The notes below the pieces were generated by a model that saw only the letters and a list, made by a program, of their open reading frames with translations, ran no database searches and was not told the origin of the DNA. Positions 1-10,676 of a stretch of DNA of 64,000 nucleotides are shown in pieces. Positions within the stretch are counted from its first letter, which is position 1; every line of letters begins with the position of its first letter. Origin of the DNA: a virus; IMG/VR virus record IMGVR_UViG_3300044695_005756, positions 30,519 to 94,518 of that record, one strand, 5' to 3'. The position numbers and the translations under genes were made by a program.

Positions 1-3000
1 GATACTTTTTGCCCTCTTACAGCGTTATAAGGAACAAAATGAATGTCGCCGTTTGGTGCAAGAACACCACCAGAATAAAGATTGGGATTCGCTGCTGATG
101 TTGTGTAAACTAATGCATATGTCGATGCAACACCATCAGCAGATATTTTTTGTCCTCTGTTTGCATTATACGGAACAAAATGAAGTTCACCATTTTGTGA
201 AAGAACTCCACCATAATATCCAAACGAAGTAGTATATGCCAATGCATACGTTGATATTATGCCATTCACGCCGTTATTATTAAACAATGAACCTCGATCA
301 ACATTTCTTTGCAGAGTTCTGTTTAAACTTATCTCAGCTTGCTCGGAAAGGTATTGTTCTATCGATGGATTAACAAGATCAGCATAATAAGTAGTCCCAT
401 TTGCAGCTGGATAAGATGCGGTAGTATCAGTAGAAACTAAAGTACCAGGTAAAGATTTTGGTAATATTGTAGCAGTTAAAGCTTTTTTCGCTTTTGTGAA
501 AACTGTTTGTCGTGATATGAGTTCGTATTTTCCAATTCCTAACGAATAACCAACGGGAACAAGTGATTGAGGATAAATTGAACTGGCATATGGAATAACA
601 TTTGAAGTGTCTGAAGAATCATGCGCTCGTCTTATAAGGACATTTGGTTTATTGACCAGCTTCATCCCATATCGCTGAGTAGTTTGTTGAATAAAATACA
701 CATCTCCAGATTCGGAAAGAACGCCTCCTTGATGAATACGCTGCAATATCGGATACGTTGATATTACACCAGCGGATGATATTTTTTGACCGACTTGTGC
801 GGAATCTGGAACAAAATGAACATCGCCTCGACTATCAAGAACACCACCACGGTATGCACCACTTCCAGAGGTAATTACTAATGAATACGTCGATACTACA
901 CCAGCGGATGATAATTTTTGTCCTCTGTTGGCAAAATAAGGAACAAAATGAGTGTCACCATTTGGTGCAAGAACACCACCCCAATAAGACGCACCAGCGG
1001 TATACACTAATGAATATGTCGATGTAACACCATCAGCAGATATTTTTTGTCCAACTCTTGCACTATAAGGAACAAAGTGTACGTCACCGTTTGGCGCAAG
1101 AACACCACCTTGATAAGCAGTAGCAGTTGTGTATACCAACGAATATGTTGAAACATAAATGGGCACACTTTCGTTAGTTAATAATTTCTGGCCTCTATTT
1201 GCATTGAAAGGCACAAACTGAACATCTCCACTAACATCAAGAACACCACCAGCATATGCAGCGGCTGTTGTGTACGCTAATGAATATGTTTGTACGATTC
1301 CATCGGAAAATATTTTTTGTCCTACTCTTGCAGAATCTGGAACAAAATGAATACTGCCATTACCGTCAAGAACACCGCCATCATATGCAGCGGTTGTTGT
1401 GTACGCTAATGAATATGTTGTAGGATATTGAGATAAAAATTTATTGAACTCTATAACTTGTCCAACTTCTGCTTCATATGGAGCAAGATAAAAGGTGTTG
1501 CCTGTACTATCCATGGCACCACCAAGGTATGGCTGATTGGAAGCTGTGTATGCTAATGCGTATGTTGATACAACACCATCAGAAGAAACTTTTTGTCCTA
1601 CTTTTGCATTATAAGGTGCAAAATGTATATCTCCATTATATGCTTTTCCGCCATAAGCATATGCACTAGAAGTTGTGTATACTAATGAATATGTAGACAC
1701 GACACCAGCAGAAGAAACTTTTTGCCCTCTGTTTGCAAGGAGTGGCACAAAATGTATATCTCCGTTGTTATCAAGAACACCACCCGAATATGCAGCAGTA
1801 GTAGTATACACCAATGAATATGTTGATACAACACCAGCAGAAGAAACTTTTTGCCCTCTGATCGCACTATAAGGAACAAAATGAACATCGCCGTTACTAT
1901 CAAGAACACCACCTCGATAAGCACCAGAAATCGTATATACCAACGAATATGTTGATATGATACCAGCGGATGATATTTTTTGTCCTCTTGTGGCAGAAAA
2001 AGGCACGAAATGAATGTCGCCATTGTTATCAAGAACACCACCATTGTATGCGGAACCAGCGGTTAATACTAATGAGTATGTCGATACGACACCAGCAGAA
2101 GAAACTTTTTGTCCAACTCTTGCACTAAAATTTACAAAATGAATATCACCATTGTTATCTAAAACGCCACCTTCATACGCATTAGTAACTGTATGAACCA
2201 ATGAAAATGTTGATACTACGCCAGCAGACGATATTTTTTGTCCTCTGTTAGCATCATTGGGTATAAAATACACATCACCATTATTATCAAGAACGCCTCC
2301 AGCATATGCACCACCAGACGTTGTATATACTAATGAGTAAGTTGTAGGATAGTGTTCAAGTGTGACATCAAATTGTAACTTTTGTCCTACTCTTGCACTA
2401 AAAGGTACAAAATGTGCTTCGTTATTGTTATTTAAAACACCGCCATCATATGCAGCAGAAGCGGTAGTATATGCTAATGCATATGTTGACACAACTCCTG
2501 ACGATGAAATTTTTTGCCCTCTAGCGGCACTAAGCGGAATAAAATGTACATCGCCATTCGGTGCAAGAATACCGCCAGCGTATGCAGTAATAGATGTGTA
2601 TACTAATGAATACGTCGATACTACACCAGCAGATGATAGTTTTTGTCCTATATCCGCATTATAAGGAACAAAATGTATATCATCGTTATTATCTAAAATA
2701 CCTCCTTTATACTTCGCAAGAGCGGTACTGTTTACTAAAGAGTATGTTGTTATAACACCAGCAGACGATATTTTTTGTCCTATGACAGCATTAAAGGGCA
2801 CAAAATGAATATCGTTATTACTATCTAAAACACCACCGTTATATGCATTAGTAGCTGTATACACCAATGAAAATGTTGACACGACACCAGCAGACGATAT
2901 TGTTAGTCCTCTATTTGCATTATAATTTACAAAATAAATGTCGTTATTATTTGCAAGAACACCACCAGAATATGCACCAGCAGTTGTATATACTAACGAA

Positions 3001-3632
3001 TACGTTGATGGAACTTGAGGTGCGAATCCATTTGGAGTTACTTTTTGTCCTCTGTTTGAATTATATGGCACAAAATATACATCGCCATTCGGTGCAAGAA
3101 CACCACCAGAATATCCAAAATTAGACGTTGTGAATATTAATGAGTAAGTTGTTATAACACCAGCAGATGATATCATTTGTCCTCTAGTGGCATTCCGAGG
3201 CACAAAATGTATATTACCAAGAGCGTCTAGAACTGCTGCACTCCAAAAATTAGCTCCAGATACTGAATAAGGATAAGTAAATACTGTACCATCTGTTGTT
3301 ATTCTTATTCCTCTATCACCATCTACATTTACAATATGAATTTCATTATTGCTGGTGCGAACTGCTCCCGCAAGCTCACTAACAGAGACAGAGGCTGTGC
3401 GGAGTGCATCATTATATGAATGAAGAACTTGAGGATAATCTACAAGAGTTGCTGTACCTACTTCCCATTTATCACCATCGACAATTGAATAGTCAAACTC
3501 ATCACCCATTGAATAGGTTGCAGCAGAAATTTTTTCGACATTGGCCGAACTCAATCTTATATTGGGTTCGAACGCATCTTCACGCTGTGAAAAAGTACCT
3601 GTTTGTGATCTATCTTTTACTTGGCGTGCCAT
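1..3632 (-). CDS. Giant beta-propeller repeat protein, paralog 3 (3' end runs off the window, >1210 aa); probable virion/tail-associated protein
   Basis: Not in the ORF track because there is no stop in the window. ATG at 3632 reads MARQVKDRSQTGTFSQ...WEVGTATLV, followed by ~44-aa repeats YxGGVLxxNGDVHFVPxxAxxGQKISSAGVVSTYSLVYT as in the two upstream genes. Confidence 0.85.
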   Translation of the reverse strand, partial: MARQVKDRSQTGTFSQREDAFEPNIRLSSANVEKISAATYSMGDEFDYSIVDGDKWEVGTATLVDYPQVLHSYNDALRTASVSVSELAGAVRTSNNEIHIVNVDGDRGIRITTDGTVFTYPYSVSGANFWSAAVLDALGNIHFVPRNATRGQMISSAGVITTYSLIFTTSNFGYSGGVLAPNGDVYFVPYNSNRGQKVTPNGFAPQVPSTYSLVYTTAGAYSGGVLANNNDIYFVNYNANRGLTISSAGVVSTFSLVYTATNAYNGGVLDSNNDIHFVPFNAVIGQKISSAGVITTYSLVNSTALAKYKGGILDNNDDIHFVPYNADIGQKLSSAGVVSTYSLVYTSITAYAGGILAPNGDVHFIPLSAARGQKISSSGVVSTYALAYTTASAAYDGGVLNNNNEAHFVPFSARVGQKLQFDVTLEHYPTTYSLVYTTSGGAYAGGVLDNNGDVYFIPNDANRGQKISSAGVVSTFSLVHTVTNAYEGGVLDNNGDIHFVNFSARVGQKVSSAGVVSTYSLVLTAGSAYNGGVLDNNGDIHFVPFSATRGQKISSAGIISTYSLVYTISGAYRGGVLDSNGDVHFVPYSAIRGQKVSSAGVVSTYSLVYTTTAAYSGGVLDNNGDIHFVPLLANRGQKVSSAGVVSTYSLVYTTSSAYAYGGKAYNGDIHFAPYNAKVGQKVSSDGVVSTYALAYTASNQPYLGGAMDSTGNTFYLAPYEAEVGQVIEFNKFLSQYPTTYSLAYTTTAAYDGGVLDGNGSIHFVPDSARVGQKIFSDGIVQTYSLAYTTAAAYAGGVLDVSGDVQFVPFNANRGQKLLTNESVPIYVSTYSLVYTTATAYQGGVLAPNGDVHFVPYSARVGQKISADGVTSTYSLVYTAGASYWGGVLAPNGDTHFVPYFANRGQKLSSAGVVSTYSLVITSGSGAYRGGVLDSRGDVHFVPDSAQVGQKISSAGVISTYPILQRIHQGGVLSESGDVYFIQQTTQRYGMKLVNKPNVLIRRAHDSSDTSNVIPYASSIYPQSLVPVGYSLGIGKYELISRQTVFTKAKKALTATILPKSLPGTLVSTDTTASYPAANGTTYYADLVNPSIEQYLSEQAEISLNRTLQRNVDRGSLFNNNGVNGIISTYALAYTTSFGYYGGVLSQNGELHFVPYNANRGQKISADGVASTYALVYTTSAANPNLYSGGVLAPNGDIHFVPYNAVRGQKV

Positions 3633-3635
3633 GTC

Positions 3636-6600
3636 TTATAACTTATTGAAAAATGGACTGAGAACAATTTCTGTATCCAATGGTCGACTAAATGTGTATA
3701 GTTTGTACTGAGTTGCATCATTACGAATCGCAATTATGTTTCCATCAAAATCTAAATTTGCTCCAATACAAAGTGGTGTTCCAGAAATCAAAGGTGATGT
3801 GATTAACGATTGTATGCCAGAAGGCGTAATTTTTAAAATACCTGATGTTCCATTATAAGGAACAAAGTATATGTTTCCTGCTGGATCTAAAACACCACTT
3901 TGAAAAGCACCAGCAGTTGTGTATACTAATGAATATGTAGACACAACACCAGCAGCAGAAACTTTTTGCCCTATAGTTGCAGAATGAGGCACAAAATGCA
4001 CATCGCCATTTGGTGCAAGAACACCACCAACGTAAGCATCGGCAGCAGTATATACTAAAGAGTATGTAGACACAATACCTGAAGCGGATATTTTTTGACC
4101 TACGATTGCGTTGCCTGGTACAAAATGCACATCGCCATTTGGTGCAAGAACACCACCAGCATATGTATCAGCAGCAGTATATACTAATGAATATGTTGAT
4201 ACAACACCAGCAGCAGAAACTTTTTGTCCGACTATCGCGTTGCGTGGAACAAAGTGAATATCACCATTTGATGCAAAGATGCCACCAATATATGCTAAAG
4301 ATGTTGTGTAAACTAATGCATATGTCGATACAACACCAGCAGCAGATATTTTTTGCCCTACTGTTGCGTTACACGGAACGAAATGAACATCACCATTCGA
4401 TGCAAGAACACCACCAGCATATGCATAATTAGCCGTTGTGTACACCAATGCATATGTTGATACTGCACCGTATTGAGATATTTTTTGACCTCTGTTAGCA
4501 CTATCTGGAACAAAATGAATATCACCATTAAGTGCAAGAACACCACCCCAGTATGCACTAGCAGTTGTGTATACTAATGAAAATGTAGACACTACAGGAT
4601 TTTTAAATGTTGTTCCTGCCGTAATACTCTTCATCCACGCTCTTTGAAGTCCTCTCCAAGAAGTCAACGTGGAATTAATTGATGAATCATCTCCTGTTGG
4701 AACAGCGCCTTGCACAACACTTGAAGGTAACGGTATGAATACGTCTTTTATTCCTGATGAAAAATTCACTTTGTCTGGAACATTGGCAGTTACATTAGAT
4801 GATGAAATGACTAAATCTCTACTCAATGTTGAAGCAAGTCTTTGTCCAACTGTTGATCCAAAAGGAACAAAATGTAATTCACCTTGTTTATCAATAACAC
4901 CACCGTTATATGCTAAACTGCCAGTCGAAGTAAGTGGATAAGTTGATACGACACCAGCAAGAGATATTTTTTGTCCAATTCCAGAATCGTAAGGAATAAA
5001 ATGAACTTCTCCATCGCGTGTTTGAATACCGCCACGATAGGCAGTACTGCCTGTATTTACCAATGAATACGTTGATACAACACCGTATTGAGATATTTTT
5101 TGTCCGACTGTCGCACTACTTGGCACAAAATGCACATCGCCGTTTCGTGCAAGGACACCACCGTCATATGCGCCAACAGTCGTATACACAAGTGAATAAG
5201 TTGATACGACACCAGCAAGAGATATTTTTTGTCCTCTGATAGCGTTATTTGGTATAAAATGTACATCACCGTTTGGCGCAAGAACACCACCAGCGTATGC
5301 ACCAGCTGCGGTAGTATATACTAATGAATATGTTGATACTACACCAGCTGATGATAATTTTTGCCCCCTATTACCGACAAAAGGAACAAAATGAACATCG
5401 CCGTTACTATCAAGAACACCACCTCGATAAGCAGTAGCAGTTGTGTATACCAACGAATATGTTGAAGAAAATATTGAGAAAAATTTGTTAAACTCCGCTA
5501 CTTGTCCTACTGTAGCAGAAGAAGGAACAAATTGTAATTTATTTTGGCCGTCTAGAACACCACCATTGTAATGTCCAGGTGAAGTTCGTACTAATGTATA
5601 TGTCGATACAACGCCAGCAGATGATATTTTCTGTCCTCTTGTAACACCATTTTGCACAAAATGTACATCGCCTCGACTATCAAGGACACCACCACGATAT
5701 GCACCACCTCCAGAAGTAATTACTAATGAATATGTTGATACTACACCAGCGGATGATAATTTTTGTCCTACTCTTGCTTCATAGTTTACAAAATGTATAT
5801 CACCTCGACTATCAAGAACACCGCCGGAAAAAGAGCGAACTGTGGTATACACCAATGAATATGTTGATACTACACCAGCAGAAGATACTTTTTGTCCTCT
5901 GTTTGCACTAAAAGGAATAAAATGAACGTCACCATTTCTGTCTAATACTCCACCAGAATATGCAAAAGATGCCGTATATACTAATGGGTATGTATAAGTG
6001 CCAAACTGATCCAACTTTAGTCCTACTCTTGCATTATAAGGAACAAAATAAATGTTTCCATTGCCATCATAAACACCTCCATCATAAGCACCGCCAACAG
6101 TATATGCTAAATCATAAGTTGATGCGACACCAAGGTAATTCACTTTTTGTCCTATGTCGGCATTATAAGGAACAAAATGAGTATCGCCTAAAAAAAGTCC
6201 ATCAAATACTCCTCCAGAATATGCATTCAAAGTGGTGTACACCAAATCATAAGTTGATACAACACCAGCAGATGATATCATCTGTCCTACAGACGCATTA
6301 AAAGGAGCGAAATGAATATCCTTTCTATCATTCAAAGCACCACCTTGATACGCTAAAGACACGGTGTAAACTAAAGGATATGTGCTAGAATAAACTTCGG
6401 GCGTGATATCGAACTGTAACTTTTGTCCTATACCAACACTATAAGGAATAAAATGCATTTCACCAAGACGATTTACTACACCCTCAAAATATGCACTATC
6501 AGCGGTATGCGCCAATGAGTATGTTGATACAACGCCGTATTGAGATATTTTTTGACCGACTTCCGCACTATAAGGAACAAAATGAACGTCAGCATTTCCT

Positions 6601-6863
6601 GAAATAGTTGGCGCAAGAACACCGCCTGCATAACCATTTCCAGTTGTGTACACTAATGAATATGTTACAGGAACTTGATACATTGATACTGTTCCTATTC
6701 CAACCTCAAAAGCATTTCGATCTTCGATTGTGTAATAAGTTTGATTATTATGACATACGTTCGCAAATGATTGATAACCTGAAACTGCGTAATCAAGTGT
6801 TACGTTTCCTGTTCCAGTTGTATTTGTTGTGACGAACGCTCTATCTAAAGCAACAAAAGCCAT
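3636..6863 (-). CDS. Beta-propeller repeat protein, paralog 2 (1075 aa; 14+7 blades)
   Basis: 21 copies of the ~44-aa YxGGVL..HFVP..GQK..STY repeat. N-terminus MAFVALDR..TTGTG..FEVGIGT resembles a common phage fibre N-terminal module. C-terminus LSPFFNKL. Confidence 0.85.
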   Translation of the reverse strand: MAFVALDRAFVTTNTTGTGNVTLDYAVSGYQSFANVCHNNQTYYTIEDRNAFEVGIGTVSMYQVPVTYSLVYTTGNGYAGGVLAPTISGNADVHFVPYSAEVGQKISQYGVVSTYSLAHTADSAYFEGVVNRLGEMHFIPYSVGIGQKLQFDITPEVYSSTYPLVYTVSLAYQGGALNDRKDIHFAPFNASVGQMISSAGVVSTYDLVYTTLNAYSGGVFDGLFLGDTHFVPYNADIGQKVNYLGVASTYDLAYTVGGAYDGGVYDGNGNIYFVPYNARVGLKLDQFGTYTYPLVYTASFAYSGGVLDRNGDVHFIPFSANRGQKVSSAGVVSTYSLVYTTVRSFSGGVLDSRGDIHFVNYEARVGQKLSSAGVVSTYSLVITSGGGAYRGGVLDSRGDVHFVQNGVTRGQKISSAGVVSTYTLVRTSPGHYNGGVLDGQNKLQFVPSSATVGQVAEFNKFFSIFSSTYSLVYTTATAYRGGVLDSNGDVHFVPFVGNRGQKLSSAGVVSTYSLVYTTAAGAYAGGVLAPNGDVHFIPNNAIRGQKISLAGVVSTYSLVYTTVGAYDGGVLARNGDVHFVPSSATVGQKISQYGVVSTYSLVNTGSTAYRGGIQTRDGEVHFIPYDSGIGQKISLAGVVSTYPLTSTGSLAYNGGVIDKQGELHFVPFGSTVGQRLASTLSRDLVISSSNVTANVPDKVNFSSGIKDVFIPLPSSVVQGAVPTGDDSSINSTLTSWRGLQRAWMKSITAGTTFKNPVVSTFSLVYTTASAYWGGVLALNGDIHFVPDSANRGQKISQYGAVSTYALVYTTANYAYAGGVLASNGDVHFVPCNATVGQKISAAGVVSTYALVYTTSLAYIGGIFASNGDIHFVPRNAIVGQKVSAAGVVSTYSLVYTAADTYAGGVLAPNGDVHFVPGNAIVGQKISASGIVSTYSLVYTAADAYVGGVLAPNGDVHFVPHSATIGQKVSAAGVVSTYSLVYTTAGAFQSGVLDPAGNIYFVPYNGTSGILKITPSGIQSLITSPLISGTPLCIGANLDFDGNIIAIRNDATQYKLYTFSRPLDTEIVLSPFFNKL

Positions 6864-6872
6864 AATTTTTCT

Positions 6873-9299
6873 TTAAAGTTTGTTTAAAAATGGACTAAGA
6901 CAAGCATTTACAGGCAAAGGATTAACCGAAAGCGTTGCAATTTTTTGTCCTACTACACCAGAAAAAGGTGCGAAGTATATATCACCGTTTGGCATAAGCG
7001 CACCACCGATATACGCACTTGCAACAACATACGGCAATGAGTATGTAGACACAACTCCAGAAGTGGATATTTTTTGACCTCTGTTGGCAGCAAATGGTAT
7101 AAAATGTACATCACCGTTTGGCGCAAGAACACCACCAGCATATGCAGTAGCGACAGTATAAACAAGTGGATATGTCGATACAGCGCCATCAGCAGATATT
7201 TTTTGTCCTCTGTTTGCTGAATGAGGCACAAAATTTATGTCGCCATTAACTGCAAGAACACCACCAAGATACGCAGCAGCAATACTGTACACTAATGAAT
7301 ATGTAGACACGACACCAGCGGCAGAAATTTTTTGTCCTCTGTTTGCATTAAATGGCACAAAGTGTACGTCACCGTTTGGCGCAAGAACACCACCAGCATA
7401 TGCGGTAGTGGCTGTGTATATCAACGAATAAGTCGATACGACACCAGATGACGATATCATTTGTCCTCTGTTAGCTGAGTAAGGTACAAAATGTATGTCG
7501 CCGTTCGGAGAAACAACGCCTCCAACGTAAGCATCGGCAGCAGTATATACTAAGGAGTATGTTGACACAACGCCTGAAGCATTTATTTTTTGACCTCTGT
7601 TAGCACTTCGCGGCACAAAATGTACATCACCGTTTGGTGCAAGAATACCGCCATAATACGCATTAGCGACTGTATGTAATAAAACATAAGTGGATGGAAT
7701 ACCCAACTTCGAAAGTTTTTGTCCTCTTACAGCGGAATGTGGCACAAAGTGTGTGTCACCATTTGGTGCAAGAATTGCTCCAGCATATCCAGAAGCAACA
7801 GTATATGGTAATGTAAATGTTGATGCGATACCAGCAGTATTCGCATTATCGTATGCATTTCCACCTAAAGCACTCTGTTCCAATAAACCTCTAAATGGTT
7901 TCCATCCTGATAAATTAGAATCGATTTCATTATTATCAAATGTTGGTACTCCACCGACAGCAATCGAATTTGGATATACGAGTGAAATGTTTGCCGATGT
8001 AGTTAGATTGCTAGGCGATAGATAAATTGCTTGTCCGTTGTTCGATGAATCGAAAATTTTATCTCTTGTAATCGCATTTACTAAAACTCTTTGTGCTGCC
8101 GTAGCACTATGATTTGCAAATATAATTCCAATGTCATTGTTTGATGACAACGCTCCACCAAATAAACCAGCGGTTGATGTTACTGCTAATGAATATGTGG
8201 TAAATATACCTAAACTTTGATCATATACAGTACCTACTCTTGCGCTATACGGAACAAAGTGAACATTACCATTTCTGTCCAATACTCCGCCGGCATATGC
8301 ATTTGTTGTTGTATAAGGTAATGGATATGTGGAACTTGAGACTAACGCAAGCATAACTGACGCATTATATGGAATACAATATACTTCACCAGGATAATTA
8401 GCAGAGAATGATCTCACTACGCCACCAATATATGCACCCGCTGTTGTGTACGGAAGACCATAAGTGGTTGCAATAAAATTGGCCATGTATTGCCCTACTT
8501 GTGCATTGAATGGAACAAAGTAGTTTCCGCCATTAACAGTATATCCACCTTGATATGCGCCTGCAGTAGTATATGCTAACGCCCAAGTTGATGCAATTGT
8601 ATTAGTAGTGTCAATTGTTTGTCCTACCGCTGCGTTATACGGAACAAAATGAATATAGTAAGGATATGTGACTGTATCGACAATTCCACCAGAATATGCA
8701 CCAGCAACTGTGTATGCTAAAGAGTATGTTGACACAATACCTGCCGATGATACTTTTTGTCCTCTGTTGGCATTATAAGGAATAAAATGTACTTCATTAT
8801 CCCCACCAAGAACACCGCCCTGATATGCACCAGCAACTGTGTATGTTAATGGATATGTTGATACAACACCTGCCGATGATACTTTTTGTCCTCTTGTGGC
8901 AGAAAAAGGCACGAAATGAATGTCGCCATTAGCGTCACGAACTGCTCCAGAATACGCTGTAGTTGCGGTTGCGGTAACGGCAAATGTTGAAACTATTGGA
9001 GATTTTCCGCGGTATGTTGCTTTTCCTATTTCCCATTCACCATTTTTAGGCTCAAGAGAATAATAAAACTCACTATTAAGACTTCCCGAATAATCATTAT
9101 CTACAAAAGCAAAATTTTTATATCCTGCAATCGTATAAGGTTTATACCCACTATAAGCTGGAATTCGTTCGTTATCGGTAAAGTTAGAAAAGTTTAAACC
9201 ATCAGGATTTACTGGAGATGGTGTGTTCGCAAGAACCAGTGTTGAATTGCCACCAGAAAAAGTATTTCCACGTGTTCTACTATTAAAAATTATCGTCAT
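6873..9299 (-). CDS. Beta-propeller repeat protein, paralog 1 (808 aa; 7+7 blades)
   Basis: 14 copies of the same repeat; C-terminus LSPFLNKL nearly identical to that of paralog 2. Confidence 0.85.
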   Translation of the reverse strand: MTIIFNSRTRGNTFSGGNSTLVLANTPSPVNPDGLNFSNFTDNERIPAYSGYKPYTIAGYKNFAFVDNDYSGSLNSEFYYSLEPKNGEWEIGKATYRGKSPIVSTFAVTATATTAYSGAVRDANGDIHFVPFSATRGQKVSSAGVVSTYPLTYTVAGAYQGGVLGGDNEVHFIPYNANRGQKVSSAGIVSTYSLAYTVAGAYSGGIVDTVTYPYYIHFVPYNAAVGQTIDTTNTIASTWALAYTTAGAYQGGYTVNGGNYFVPFNAQVGQYMANFIATTYGLPYTTAGAYIGGVVRSFSANYPGEVYCIPYNASVMLALVSSSTYPLPYTTTNAYAGGVLDRNGNVHFVPYSARVGTVYDQSLGIFTTYSLAVTSTAGLFGGALSSNNDIGIIFANHSATAAQRVLVNAITRDKIFDSSNNGQAIYLSPSNLTTSANISLVYPNSIAVGGVPTFDNNEIDSNLSGWKPFRGLLEQSALGGNAYDNANTAGIASTFTLPYTVASGYAGAILAPNGDTHFVPHSAVRGQKLSKLGIPSTYVLLHTVANAYYGGILAPNGDVHFVPRSANRGQKINASGVVSTYSLVYTAADAYVGGVVSPNGDIHFVPYSANRGQMISSSGVVSTYSLIYTATTAYAGGVLAPNGDVHFVPFNANRGQKISAAGVVSTYSLVYSIAAAYLGGVLAVNGDINFVPHSANRGQKISADGAVSTYPLVYTVATAYAGGVLAPNGDVHFIPFAANRGQKISTSGVVSTYSLPYVVASAYIGGALMPNGDIYFAPFSGVVGQKIATLSVNPLPVNACLSPFLNKL

Positions 9300-9308
9300 G
9301 TTATTTTA

Positions 9309-10661
9309 TCACGCTACTATTGGCTGAGTGGGTTCTACATTTCCAATTATAATACAACTTGTAGAACTAGTAAATATTACTGTTGCAATTCCTCTAGGAG
9401 AAAGAGGCGTATATGGAATATCATAATCATGTCCAGCCACAAATGCATTTGTAATGCTACATGTTATTATAACATCAGCACTTGTGTTATTGATGATTGT
9501 GATGACATCTCCATCCGCAAAAACTCCATTAGGAATAATAACTGATCCGCCTTCTTTTATACTTATATACTTTCCTATATCGGTTAAAGCTAATGTATAC
9601 TCTGAAGTTTTTTGTCCATTGAATGGTATATTTCTGAAGCCTACTGTAAAATCTTCGTCTGGAAAAGTTGCTGTTCTAGATGCAGTCAAAGTTTTTGGAG
9701 TTAGTGTCATGGTATATCCACCAGGTGCTGTTGAACCTCGAAGTGATATACTGTCATACCCAACTGCTCGTTGTACTTTTAGTCCGTTTGGATGTCTTAT
9801 GGTAACAGCACCCGTAACTATTCCACCATTGTTAGCGTCTAATGAGTTATTCGCACGAATAAATCCAGAATTCGCATGATTAAATGCTGCATTTGTATGA
9901 ATGTAAGCAGAATTCGCTTGAATGAATCCTGAATTCGCGTGAGCAAAAGCCGCATTGATTTGATCAAAACTTGAATTTGCGTGATCAAATGAAGAGTTAG
10001 TTTTTATGAATCCGCTGTTTGCATGATTAAATGCATAATTTGCGTGTAGATATGCGCTATTTGCTTGTATAAATCCAGAGTTGGCATGAATGAATGCTGC
10101 ATTTGCTTGTATGAATCCAGAATTGGCATGAATAAATGACGCATTCGTATCATGATAAGCAGAATTTGCTTGAATGAAACCTGAATTTGCGTGATCAAAC
10201 GCCGCATTTGTTTTTATGAATCCACTATTTGCGTGATTAAATCCAGAATTTATGTGGATGTAAGCGGAGTTTGCTTGAATGAATCCACTATTTGCATGAC
10301 TGAATGCCGGGTTAATTCTTTCAGCAAGTTGTAAAACATTTGCGCCTTTTTGATATAGTTCATTGGCGTAAACGTAAATGCTTGAGATATTTCTACCGAC
10401 TGTTAAGTCGAGCTGAATGGTTACATTGCTTTTATCAAAGTTCGTGTTTGCAATATTACCAGTATTTGCACGAAGTGTATTAATGTTCGCGTGATTACGA
10501 ACATTTAATGATGAGCCTGCTCCCTGAATAAAAATGGCAGAATTGGCAATGAAACCACCACTCGTATTACTTGTTAAGTTATTAGCGACTTCAATTAGAG
10601 AAGAGGTCGCTGATAACCATTCAGTAAAGTTATTAGAAGTTGAAAGTTGATTTATTGCCAT
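9309..10661 (-). CDS. Fibre-like virion protein with AN(S/A)(G/A)F(I/N/D)(H/Q) heptad repeats
   Basis: N-terminal NNFTEW motif typical of T4-like fibre anchors, long 7-aa repeat tract, globular C-terminal domain; paralog of 10677..12023. Confidence 0.7.
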   Translation of the reverse strand: MAINQLSTSNNFTEWLSATSSLIEVANNLTSNTSGGFIANSAIFIQGAGSSLNVRNHANINTLRANTGNIANTNFDKSNVTIQLDLTVGRNISSIYVYANELYQKGANVLQLAERINPAFSHANSGFIQANSAYIHINSGFNHANSGFIKTNAAFDHANSGFIQANSAYHDTNASFIHANSGFIQANAAFIHANSGFIQANSAYLHANYAFNHANSGFIKTNSSFDHANSSFDQINAAFAHANSGFIQANSAYIHTNAAFNHANSGFIRANNSLDANNGGIVTGAVTIRHPNGLKVQRAVGYDSISLRGSTAPGGYTMTLTPKTLTASRTATFPDEDFTVGFRNIPFNGQKTSEYTLALTDIGKYISIKEGGSVIIPNGVFADGDVITIINNTSADVIITCSITNAFVAGHDYDIPYTPLSPRGIATVIFTSSTSCIIIGNVEPTQPIVA

Positions 10662-10676
10662 TTTTTTATAAACTTG

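Noticed and set aside
1478-8025. Many short plus-strand and alternate-frame ORFs in the ORF track
   Set aside because: They are antisense or off-frame shadows of the repeat genes; the same applies to most short ORFs overlapping long genes elsewhere.
1-9299. CRISPR array or diversity-generating retroelement explanation for the ~130-nt periodic repeats
   Set aside because: The repeats are degenerate, in frame and protein-coding; there are no fixed repeat/unique spacer units, no reverse transcriptase in the window and no adenine-specific template/variable pair.
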